Source: Chlorokybus atmophyticus
Taxonomy: Eukaryota > Plantae > Mesostigma and Chlorokybus algae
Direction: 5' to 3'
Length of the DNA: 64,000 bases
Assembly: GCA_009103225.1 (NCBI GenBank)
Contig: RHPI01003009.1
Location: 539,354-603,353, forward strand
In this document: one piece after another, positions 9,805-26,149 of the stretch
Position numbering within the stretch: position 1 is the stretch's first letter
Layout of the letters: each line of letters starts with the position of its first letter
Notes under the pieces: model-generated
Databases searched by the model: none
Told to the model about the DNA's origin: nothing
Seen by the model: the letters and a program-made list of their open reading frames with translations, nothing else
Position numbers and translations under genes: made by a program

Positions 9805-12800
9805 CTGGAGCACTACCTCAGCAGCAACTGCATTGCAATGTATCTCAATGGTTCCACAAAACCTCACTGGAAGCAGCAGCGCCCGCCACTTGCTGCAGAA
9901 GCAGCATATGTTCTGCCTCTCTCCCAAGTTGCTGTTGCCAGGCCTGGTCGCTAGGTCCCAATGAGGCCTTCAATGCCTCCAATGCATCTAAAGGTCTTGT
10001 GACTTCACTGTGCTAGTCATGCACTTGACCAGCGCTTTCAGAGTCCTGCACTTCAGCGACTCTCACATGTGCGTGCAACTCCAGGGCTTCCTCTTTGGCG
10101 TCTGTGAGATCCACATGGAGACCCTGCCACCACGCCAGTAAATCAACAACCTCAGACGGGACTGCTATTTGCACTTGTTGCAAAAGCGCCCTAGTAAGCT
10201 CTCACCTCTATCTCATATCGCATATCACATGCCTCCTGCTGAAGACTCAGCACATGTGCCTTCGCAAGTGTGTCTTGACGCTCCAGCTCAATTAGCCTGC
10301 CTTCCAGATACTTGGCACGCTCATTGGCAGCATACAAAGCCTGGCGAGTCTGTCTCTCACTGTTGTGCTGCTCCCTAAGTTCTGCGGCTAAGATGTTGGC
10401 ACGCGTTATGGCGTCCTCTTTGGTGACCCTCAGCAGCTGAGAGCACGACAAACAAAGCAATGAGTATTGCACACATGAGAGCATGTTGAGCCATCAACAA
10501 CACTCACCTCCGCGTCTCTTATACAGAACTCCAGCTCCGTCTGCATCCCTTGCAGCGAACCTTCACGCGCGGCCACAAGGCCTACAATTGACACATCAGC
10601 TCCTGTCTGCTCCCTGGCCAACAAATGCTGCCTCGCCGCCTTCTCCACACTGCAACTATCTGCAACTCTCACTTTGCGCAGCTCAGCATCCAGGGTGGCA
10701 CCATAAGCTTGCAAGCGTTTGCGCTCACTGACTGCCTCCTCAAAATCCCTAACACGGTTGAGACCCTCCCGCTCTCGTCTCAGTTTAAGAGCTGCAACAC
10801 TAGCTAATAGCTCCGTATTCTGATCAGCACAACTAGATACCCCTTGACTGCGCTGAGTGTGCTGTGGTTCTAGACCCTCCCCACTATTGCGCATCTGACA
10901 CTCACTCAACAACTACTATGCATGCTCATTGGCTTCTTCAGCAACAGCCAATGCACTCGCCATTCCATCTAGTTGCTGCAATAGCCCCACTCTCTCAGCT
11001 TCCCAAGCTGCCAAGACATCCTGCATATCACATAAGTCTCACAAACATGACCGGCTGCAATGCACATCGTGTATGCAATTGTCCTTGTGCGCACACTTTC
11101 TCCTATCCATTCGCTTCAACATCACATATCGCTCACTCTGGTGGCATGCGCTGAGTTGCATCGGCACACATGCATGCACATGTCACACCGCGCATACAAT
11201 AAACTAACCTGCACTGATGACAAGTTGTCCGCACAAGTTCACATTAAACACGGGCACACTCCCATCAGCCACATGAGAAGCTCCATAACCTCAGGCATAA
11301 CAGCCAATTTGGTTAAGTGTCTCAACAACACTACACAAAGGATAAGTGTAAGGGCGCACGTATTGCGCTCGCGGACCTCCGACATAGTTGACACTGCAAG
11401 GCACACCATTGTGTTGCGATCCGTAGAGCCCACTGGTGTCACCACTCTGGCTAGGCTGCGAGGGCTGGGAGGGTTGAACATTGCCATCATATGAGCGGGG
11501 CTGGTGACCACTAGGGAACCGACTGCCGAGTGGGACAGGACGACATCCACTACCGCCCATTCCAGCAAGGTTGACATTCTCTTGGTTGTCACTGCGCCCA
11601 TTCTGCACAACAGCCAGCGGTTCACCACCAGCTCACACCAAATGCTTGCCATGAAGTACTTATCCATGCCGACCAAACATAACACACACCACATATGCAC
11701 TGCCGATAGGAGGAGAGATGTATGAAACTGACGCACATCTCGCAGCCTCCTCCTGCAGTCCAACCGACCCTGGTAGACGCCACTCGGGGTGTATACCCTG
11801 CAGGACCACCACTTGCATGAATACCACACTCTAGAACACCACAAAGCACAGCCGCCTTGTGTACAGGTAATGAGCAAATGCATGCATGAATGTTAGATGG
11901 GGGTTGAAGGCAGTAGTTACAATAGTTACGTGTGGCTAGTATAGGTAGACCCCAGTGGTAAATAATCATTGCATAATAATGAGCTTGGTGAACAAGGCAT
12001 GTGTCATGCATGTTGCATGTATCATGATCACCTGCATTTTCTGTACACATACCGACTTAGACAACCCACACACACTCACCTGCAGCATATAAAGCGTGCG
12101 CCTGTCAGAACCAAGCCTTCAACACCGACCAGAGGTGGCCACAGCTATGAGAACCTCAATATCATTCAGACCATCCGATAGATTGAGGTCCACGCGCAGG
12201 GCTTGAATCACATCCTTCCGCTTAGCACGATACTGTTTGGCCGACGCAGCCTGCGCAACCCTTCGCTTCTTCTTAGCAGCCTCGTCACCAGGCGAGGAAG
12301 CCCTTTGCTCAGCATTGCGCGGTCTCCTGCCCCGCGCAGCATTGGCCTGCGAAGCATCACCCCCCCGGGCACCAAGCCCCTCACCTTCACCAGCCTACTC
12401 CTCAGGCTGACTTCCCGGAAAGTCACCATCAAAATCTCCCCCCCCCACTACCCATCACCCGGCACGATGTCGCCGCTCACAGCAGCCTCCACGCGAACCA
12501 CACCACAGCCGCCCTCAATACCACGCCCAAGTTGCACGTGCAACAGCTACCTCCATATTGTCAAATATTCAAACTTCGCGCCTCTCCACACACACACACC
12601 GCTCAAAACGTCACCAACCACCGACACAAGCAATCATCAACGATCCATGTCAGCCCACAATGACGCCGACAGTAGTCGACCCATGCGTACCATCAACCTG
12701 CTCTGACCACTTGCAATGACGGCAACAGCAGCTGACACAACTCACCGCAGTTAGCGCAACATCATGAAAATTGAAACAATCGAAACCCCTCGGGACCCTT

Positions 12801-14105
12801 GACTGAGCTGGGAAAGCGCCGCGCGCACACACCGGACAACCTGGGTTCAAGTTCGGCTGCACGCCACAAGTGTTGCTTGACTAAGCTTTTCGAAATGCCG
12901 CGCGCCGAGCGTGCGAGTTAATGGAACTCGCATACCTTGAAAAGTGCGCCATCAGCAATTTCACTTAAAATCCGGCGATTTTTTCATGATATCAAGCCCG
13001 TCAAATCAGTCCCAATTCTCTTTAAAAAGTGTCCCCCCGGATGGTGCAACACGCCAGGAGTTCTCTCAGCATCTTTTATGCGAAATATGGGTTTGCTATT
13101 GATCTTGACTGCCATGCTGATTAGGATTTGTACTGCATACCAAACACACGGTTGCCTGCATGCACGCAAAATGATACTTGCATATGCAATAATATGAACT
13201 ATCCAAGTGCATGCAAAGCGCACCACAGACAATGACACTCAGCATAGGCAAGCAAAACAGCGTAGGCCAACATACAAGGCAAGCTAGGCAAGGCGGGGAA
13301 TGAAATTAAGACAGGGGCAATGCAATTCATGTGCCGTAGTCAAGTGAATGGTAAGGGCGGGGATGAGGGCGGAGTAGGGAGCAGGGCAGGGCAAGCAAAG
13401 TAGCGGCAATGGTGAACCACCTGTGGCCATGCGCCAGGCGTTAGAGGACCCCAGAAGAGCTTGTACAGCAGCAATAGCATCAGCAAGGCGAGGGCGAGGG
13501 CGAGGGGGAGGGTGAGGGCGTGGGTGCAACATCCAAGTCCATGCACTTGCACAAGTTAATAGTCTGAAGACCGTACACGGTCGCTCGCTGTGATGGTCCC
13601 ACCTTCGTATGGTGGTTAACATTAGGTGAGCTATTTGTGTATGCTTCTAAGATGAATGCGACACGCCTCACCCTTTACTGTTGCATGTCAGAATACAAGA
13701 ATGGAGCATTCAAGTCGCCTGCATGGATCAGCCTTTTGCATTTTTGTCAACGCGTACACGCACATGCACAAGCACTCTTGCACACATATGCATCATATTG
13801 CCAATAGGGTGAAGCGTGTCAAAGAGACAGACTGCGTGCCGGTGAAGAGGCTTGTGTGTAGCCTCTTCTACATTCACAAACTATAGGCGCTTGTCACTTG
13901 CAGTCACACCGCTCCTTCTCAGGCTCCTCGTCCTCCTCCACGGCCACCACCGCCGCCGCCCACGACACACTAACATACAGGTTGAGGGCAACAATAACCA
14001 ATCTCGCGGAGGCATGTGCAGGCGGTGGGTGCCATGGAGCCGGCGGCGCAGGGGGACGGCGGCGGCGGGGGAGTGAGCAATGCGCCTCCGTCTGTGACAG
14101 CCACG

Positions 14106-15063
14106 ATGGAAAAGCAGCTGCGCTCAGAGTTGGAGGACTGCTTCCTCAAGAAGTAAGCGCCGCTGACTGGCTGGCTGACCAGGCGGGCCGGCTGGACCTT
14201 TCGTAATCGCTATTGTTGCTGCTACTGTGGTCGTAATTATTGGTGCTGCTGTTGTCGATGCTCATTGTGCTGGCGGCGTCTTGCGATTGTTGTCAGCACT
14301 CCCATGGTTCTGTTTGTCGCCGTTGTTGCTCAAGTAGCTGCATGAAGGCTAGGCATTGCCACAGAGTACACAACCAGTCACACATACCTTGATTGCCGTT
14401 CTACTTCCGGTTCCTCAATGTATGCTTAATTGCATGCGTTTGTGTAAAGAAAGCACCCTTAAGCAACAGTCAGCTGGAGGAAGAAAGACAGCCCAAACTT
14501 TCAAATCGCCTGGATGGTTGTTCCCATCTGTGGTCATCCGTACTTGTTGCTGACTACAAACTGCATTTGTGCTGCAGCAGCTCATGGGCGTGTTGTGCTA
14601 TCGGCGTGTTGCTCGCGGTGCCGATAGGCATTCGCCAGCGCTCACTGCTTCCGCTTGTGTTTCTGGGCGGTGGCGGCACTCTCCTTGACTTGGCTGTCGG
14701 TAAGCCCAAGGCTCTGCTGCACTCTGTTGAGATTGTTTCACCCACAGGCTGGAGCAGCGCATGCAAGTGCACCTCTTGGAAATTGTGCAATCACAAGTTA
14801 CCATATTAGTTGTAAAGCATGCCTCCGTTGCTACTCTGCGCAGAAGGGTTCCTACAACGCTCTCAGACTGTGCAGTAAATGTGGGCTAATCTTAGCTACA
14901 AGATTGCATGTGCAAGTACACAAAACATCATTAGAGCGACATATTCGCAGGTTACAAGCGCTGCTCTACTCAGCGTGAAGCCCTGAACGCATTCCTTGAG
15001 GCACAAAAACAGGGCACAGCACAAAGTGGTGTGGCGACGACAGAAGAAAATCTGCAAGACTAG
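14106..15063 (+). CDS. Small (92 aa) two-TM protein of unknown function, Mic10-like topology
   Basis: Exons 14106-14152, 14581-14699, 14951-15063 join in frame via GT-AG introns: MEKQLRSELEDCFLKNSWACCAIGVLLAVPIGIRQRSLLPLVFLGGGGTLLDLAVGYKRCSTQREAL... Confidence 0.75.
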
Positions 15064-15712
15064 ATTCCATCAAGCTTCAATGATACAAGTTTGCAACTGG
15101 TCTGCATCGCGCAGACTGCATGGCAAGATGCCTGAGAACAAGGTGCAACACAGTTTGATCCAAGCAGCGTTTGGCTCAATGTTCAATGTGCTTTTCGCAT
15201 GCTGTTTGGACTGATGACAGGCTTGCATTGAGCAGGCTTTACCTTGACTGAAGGGTTTTATGCCTGATGCAGTTCTGAGACATGCCGCAGCGGGAGTGGC
15301 TGCGTGTGGTTGAAATCTTTCTAGGCCCATGTGCAAGATGGGGTGCCACCAACCTTAACTGATGCTAGCAACACTTCACACAGTGTCCAAGTGCCACTAA
15401 CTGCTGCAAGAATTGCTGCAAGCATGGTAACCACAGCAAGCTGTCAACTGTATGGAACATATACTAAGTATACATACAACGTGGCGTATGTATATTATCT
15501 GCGTGTGCAAGCACTCATGCGCATGCAGTCCACACGCACAGCGGCACAGCGAGGCAGCAGGCAGCAGTTTGTTACCAGAGGCGCAGGGGTGTGATGCTGC
15601 AAAAGTTGAGTTCACCGTTTGTGGTAGCCTTGCACTACACAACGCCCATGCATGGTGAAGCAATGCAGCTTCAATGTGCACACCTGTGGAAGTGACACCT
15701 CAAACTGAGCGG

Positions 15713-16618
15713 TTAGCTGTGCCTGGGCGTCGATGTTCTCATCTCCGCATCCTCACCGTCATCCTCATAATCATCTTCGTCGTCCTCTCCGTCTTCATCG
15801 CTCACATCCGAATCACCATCCGCAGCTGTCCAACTGTTTCCTTCTGCATGTACTAGTCTGCCAGGTGGCAGAGGAGGCCTGCCGATACTTGGCATGCCTT
15901 CTGCAACTTCCTGTGCTCTATCGACTTGCTCTTGACGCAAACGTGCAGACTCCGCCACGGTTATGCTGGCCACCATACGCGGAACAGAGCCTGCTGCCCG
16001 CACCGCAGCGTTGGCAGTAGACATTGCATGATGGACACCAATTTCCTGCATAGAGCTCATATTGCGTGAGACAAGGGGTAAATTATTGTGCATGTGGCTC
16101 ACAAGACAATGTTCTGCACCCCACGTTGCAAGTCTGCCCACCTGAGCTTGTTGCATGACTGCATCTGCTGGACCTTGTCGACTGCGTTGCACTGGGTCCA
16201 ATGGCTCCAACGTGCCGTGTCGCAACCGAATGCCCTGTTTTGCAAAGTGACGCTCGCGTGCCGATTGTATGGGCAGTTCCACCAGAGCTCTTTGTCGCAG
16301 CTGCACTGAGGCTGCTGTGCTGCTTATTGTGACTTCCTGCAACGCTGATGCCAGGCTGCTTGTCGCTGAAGCCTCAACAGCACGGCGCAGCTCAGCAATC
16401 CTTTGCTCGATCTACCATGCCCCATGCAACTTAGCAAACACACTACCAGCCATGCAACATGGCACGACTAGGAGTGGCCAACTGACCTTCCTGCCATCAT
16501 CAGGAACGCGTAGCTGCCCTGACCTTACTTGCTCTAACAGTTTCAGCTGTTGTGAGAGCAGTGACTCGGCGCTGGCGGAAGCACGTCTGCTCGATGCGAG
16601 TTCTTTGGCGGCCGCCAT
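15713..16618 (-). CDS. 244-aa protein with Gdown1/POLR2M (GCOM2)-like motifs
   Basis: Exons 16618-16487, 16411-16142, 16045-15713 join in frame; motifs LLSQQLKLLEQ..RVPDDGRKIEQRIAELRRA, LASALQEVTIS, SITVAESARLRQEQ, acidic C-terminus. The CDS is well supported; the family call is tentative. Confidence 0.7.
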
Positions 16619-16651
16619 GCATGCAGTCAATGTGGGTAGCTCGTTGCAGTA

Positions 16652-17030
16652 TCACAAGTCGTCATATGACACATGCTTTTTTACTTTGCACCCTGGTGAG
16701 TTCGGATCTTCCGCACCACAACAGTCGAAGAACTTTGCAGGCCAGCCTTCAGCGTCCTCGCACTCGTAATACTTCTTGCCTTCAGGATGGTACCGGCAAA
16801 CGTACATTCCAGGATGAATTCTGCATACCATGAGACCAGATATAGGTGACCAACATTGTTTTCTTACGCCCCGCAACAGATGGCCTTAAAGCGCAGCTAT
16901 TTCGATCACTCCCGCTTGCTGAACGTTACAGACTTGCATGTTACCTGCAAACGCCGTTAGAGTTGCTGCTATCAGAGTAGTGGGTCTTGCATTGACGACA
17001 AATCTTAGTGTCAGCGCCAGTGCTTGCCAT
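16652..17030 (-). CDS. 84-aa Cys/His-rich (BTK/CHORD-like) putative zinc-binding protein resembling a conserved uncharacterised plant family
   Basis: Exons 17030-16945 and 16820-16652: MASTGADTKICRQCKTHYSDSSNSNGVCRIHPGMYVCRYHPEGKKYYE..AKFFDCCGAEDPNSPGCKVKKHVSYDDL*. Confidence 0.85.
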
Positions 17031-18001
17031 GTCTGCATTGCCCACGCGACTTGTATGTCGACAACAGAAAAACGCCAGGCAAGTGATTATTTGCAGCCCA
17101 GCTGGTCGCACAAAGGCATGCAGTTTGGGGTTTGAGGGTGGCAGGCTAAAGTAGGGAAAGAGGATGGCAAACAACAGGCATTTGCAGTGAGCGACGAAAC
17201 AGACTGATTCTGCGGAAGAAAGTTTACAACATTACAAGAATTGAACAATAAATGTTGTAATCAACGCACAGCTGACTACGTGTGTATAGATGAGCTTGCT
17301 GCACATGCACAATCGCTAAACGGCAAAACACGTTACCCGTTAGCCAGCCCTCATGTTAGCTGAATTTCCCATAGCGTGCGGAAACGCTTGCTCAAGCACA
17401 CAGCGCACCCTACGAGACTACCTCCTCGACGTAGACGCTACCACCAACGCCACCACCAACACTGCCGCCGCTGCCGCCACCACCAGTCAGGCCTTCCGCC
17501 GGCCAAGGGAATTATTCAACGCTGCCGTCCTTGAAACCCCGGTAGCCACTTGTTTAGAGGATTCGAGGCAAACCACGTTACATTGTAAGGAACTCGTCGC
17601 TTTCGGGGCGTTCTGTCGGGGCGCGGCTTTCCCGCCAATTTGCTGGCTTCTTGGGGATGAACCCCAGTCCTCAATATTTCTCCAGGACTGAGTGCCCCAG
17701 TGGCTTGGCTTTGCTGCCTGCTTTGCCTGCCGTCTCTGCTGTTTGCTCCGCTCGCTGCTCTTCTCTGCGGTTGCCTTGCCTTTTGGGCAGGCTTGGCCTG
17801 GTTGTTTTGGGGGTCAAAACCCTAGCTGGGAGGCGTGGTGCGTTGTCAGCGGCGGTAGGCGGCGCTGGTCTGGCCTTGCAAGGCGTTGCTAGGGGTGCTG
17901 TTGGTTGGATCGGTCTGTCTTTGCTCATGTGGCGTGGTTGGTGAGGAGTGAGGCGGCCTTACGCACTGATCTCTCTTGACGCTAGAACTGGGTTGGTCAG
18001 G

Positions 18002-22862
<4,861 letters not shown>

Positions 22863-23193
22863 GTTCAAACCAAGATCATCCAAGTCAACTTGGCTCAACT
22901 CACTCTTGGCTTTCTGCCCGCTTGGTCACTAGCGACACATCGCTCTTGCAAATGCCATGTACCATCATGATGTTTGCAAACAATCCCCATCATCCCAGAT
23001 TATTCAGCCACTGGAACACTGGACAGCTTGATGGCAAGTGAGCAATTGTGCGCAATTAAACACAATGCAAGGTGCATGGCATTAGAGAACTGCCTTTGAG
23101 TCCAGTGTCAGTGCAAGCTGACACCTGGCATGCTTCTTCTTTCTTTGCATCAAACATACCATCTCACTAGCATACAACGCATGCAGGATATAT

Positions 23194-26149
23194 CTAATCT
23201 CGTTTGTGCAAAGTTTTTGCATAATTTAGTGCGTGCCGTAAGAACCGTTGCCGGCTTCTGTCGCCAAAAGCACGGTAAAGCGCAAGCAAGCGAGCGTCGG
23301 CAGCAAGCGCCAGGCTCACAAGCTGGTCTTCTTCTGTGTCTGACATCCAGTGTGCGTCCTTGGCTTCTGGGGGCGGTGCCAGGGCTGTGCTTGACAATAC
23401 TGCTGTTGCGGTAGCGTTAAGGAGGGTGTCGAACGCCTTTTCAGCACCATTGACGTCCCTCCGCGCGGGCTGTGTGTGGTTCGCATCAAGCATCTCTTGC
23501 TCCACATGCAGCTCTGCTAGTAAGGTAAGTAAGCCCTCAACTTGTAGTTGATCTTGACCTGCACATACACATTGATGAGGTGGTGTCCGTGCTACAACTT
23601 TGTAACAACAACAGGGCTTTGGCGAACAGAGTGTTTGCTGCGTGCTGAGAAGGGGCAAGGACTTCGCTGCCAGGGACATGCTTGCACGACCAGCACAGCA
23701 ACTCACCAACTGCCGTTTTGGAGCTGGACTGCTGCTTTGAGTTGCTGGACCGGCGCGGGATAGGTGTGATACTTTCTGACACGCGCGCGAACACCAACCA
23801 GGCATTGTCAGGCAGCGTGTTCACCTCTTTGGCAGTGGTGAGGGGCTCCTACAACAAGCAGCATATCACTCACATGCCTCAACAGAATGACATGACTACA
23901 ACACGCCATCTGCTTTGTTCAACTATAACCAGCCTACTGCTACTGCATCTACACAGATGGCCACCATCATGACTGCGCGACACATAAGAATGATCACAAC
24001 ACGCAAAACTGTATGCCTTGACTTTGCAGAACTTACATAGAAGGTTGTTCCTCCAAAGGACACCCAATGAGAAAGCTGCACCACTTCTGAAGCGCGTCGC
24101 AATTTAAACTCCGTAGCAACTGCATTCTTCAATGCTGCCTGTGTGCACATGCAGCGTTATGATCTTCAGATCATAACACATGCATGGACGCAGAAACATA
24201 TGGACGCTCCTTAAATGTGTGCGCGCACGCACTCCCACATGCATACAGACTCGCATTCACACTTGTGCTTGATGCATGTGTCATGCTTGTGGCATACAGC
24301 ACTTGCATTTCCTGCACACACGTGCACGCACATGCAGGACCCATGCTTACCAGGCCAGGGCGCCTGATGGTGACGCTTTTCATCTTGCCGTCAGGAACAT
24401 CGGACACGCCTTTCTCATTGTCACCAAGCTGCCATTCCACAATGCGAAAAGTCTTCCCAAACACAAACGTGCGCCAATAAAGCGCCGCAACACTCGCGCC
24501 GCCCAATGTCCGCCATGTCGTGTCCACGCTCTGCCCAATTGTGCCAGCAAGCCCAGCCACACCCACCGCACTCGACACAGCACCTAAGCAAACAAGCGGT
24601 TGTCGAACTAAAACAACTGCAAGGAACTGCGTCATAACATCACAACCACTGCGGTAAGTAAACCAAAGCATACTCAATCAACCAGCTAAGCAAGCAACGC
24701 CACAGGCTGTTTGAGGAGAAAGTTGTACCATAACAGCAGAGCTTTTGTGTACCTGATGAAGCGGCTCCAAAGCCAATGGAGCCCCCGAGCTTGGCGGCGA
24801 GGCCGAGAGTGCCCGCAGCGCCGGCAGTGCCAGCAAGATAAGAGTAGAAGGGGCTCATTGGGCTCTGGCTGAGGTGTTGCGCGACGGCTGCGGACACGGG
24901 GTTGTTGTTCACTGAGCTTGGAGATGGGCTGGCACTTGGCATGGAAAAGGTGGAGGGGGAGGAGTGGGGCGTCAGAAACAAGTGGATAACAACCCAGGCA
25001 ATGGCCAGCGGAGACACTGTAATGAGCAGCTGCAGCACAACAGCTCGCAGCCGCCTTCGCTGCTCCTTCGCAGCAGCTTCCTGCCCAAACAACTTACTCA
25101 ACGCAAACCTTGAAGCACGTAAGGTTGGTACAGCTTTACTGCTGCACTAGTGTATGTATACATGGAGAGGGCTTTTAGTACAAAATGTTACTGGTTCAAT
25201 TCAGCAGCTAAGCCAGTACGAGTGCAACACTGTGGTGCACGTCAAGCGCATGCCATCATTTCATGTGACATGTCAACACTCTAACACCGACAAGCAGATC
25301 GCTGCTGCCATGCAGGCAAAAAGCTCAGTGCAAATTGTACATTTGTTCACTGCATGAACATCCGGCTGCTTGGCCTTGGCCAGCTGGCATACCTGTGACG
25401 CCTCAGGTTCATCAGGGGGCACAAAGGTGGTTTCCAGCAGGCCGCCTTTGGGCAGACCAAGAGCACGCTTCCACCACCATCGGCTCTCTTCCACTGTACA
25501 CTCCTCATCGACACAGTTCATAAACGTGGATTCATCATCCACATCCCCGGAATCGCCACTGGTAGTTAGCAACTGTGATCTGTACTCCTAAAAGAGGATA
25601 GCTGTGATAAGTACGCACTGTACTACCAACAGTGATGGACTTGCCATGTAGCTTGTACAATAACAGTAATGTTGCACTCATACGTGTATTTGCGCGCATG
25701 CAGCACACCACAACAAGCAGTACCTCGCTGGACATATTGTGTATAGCATGTTCGATTGCAGCATGCCGGCGCTCGCGTGCATTTGTAACCTGCGTAGCCG
25801 CTCCCTTATGTCCGTCATGACCACTGGTGCTTGTGCCGTTGCTGCTGCTTTGAACATGGGTGTTACTTGTTGATGGTGATGCTATGTTTGCTGAGTTGTC
25901 CGCATGCGAGTCCACCAACATATCCTCCTCCACCTCGATATGTACGTGCGTGCCATTGCTGCTGCCATGCGCATTGCACACTCGCAACCTCAACCTTTGC
26001 CTTTGCGTGTTTGTCCTGTGCCTGCTCTTCCAGCTTGGATGCCGAAGCGAGCGATGCTCACTCACAGACCGCGCAAACCCTCGAGGATGGACTACGCATG
26101 CTCGTCCCAGCCACTGGCTGTGGCTGATGCTTAGCGCATCCAATGCCAT
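23194..26149 (-). CDS. Multi-exon putative plastid-targeted membrane protein, unknown function
   Basis: Ser/Arg-rich N-terminus ending RLRLRVCNAH; in-frame exons 26149-25724 and 25587-25393; later exons carry hydrophobic segments (LRAVVLQLLITVSPLAIAWVVIHLFL; LVCLGAVSSAVGVAGLAG); last exon ends at 23194. Some junctions are ambiguous. Confidence 0.65.

Larger units (their letters stand above)
5555..13098 (-). mobile_element. Decayed Academ (AcademX-like) DNA transposon, boundaries uncertain
   Basis: Transposase above, plus upstream coiled-coil and basic ORF remnants. Candidate terminus ...GTTTGCTA at 13098 (TAG on the minus strand, the usual Academ end). No matching inverted end was found in the window. 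Confidence 0.55.

Noticed and set aside
13284-13990. Minus-strand ORF fragments with splice-like signals
   Set aside because: Could not assemble a coherent protein; may be UTR or a gene truncated by the transposon.
16619-16654. Stop read-through or selenocysteine fusion of the two in-frame ORFs
   Set aside because: The upstream family appears to end at HVSYDD, the TGA context (TGA TAC) is not a known read-through signal, and an in-frame arrangement has a 1-in-3 chance.
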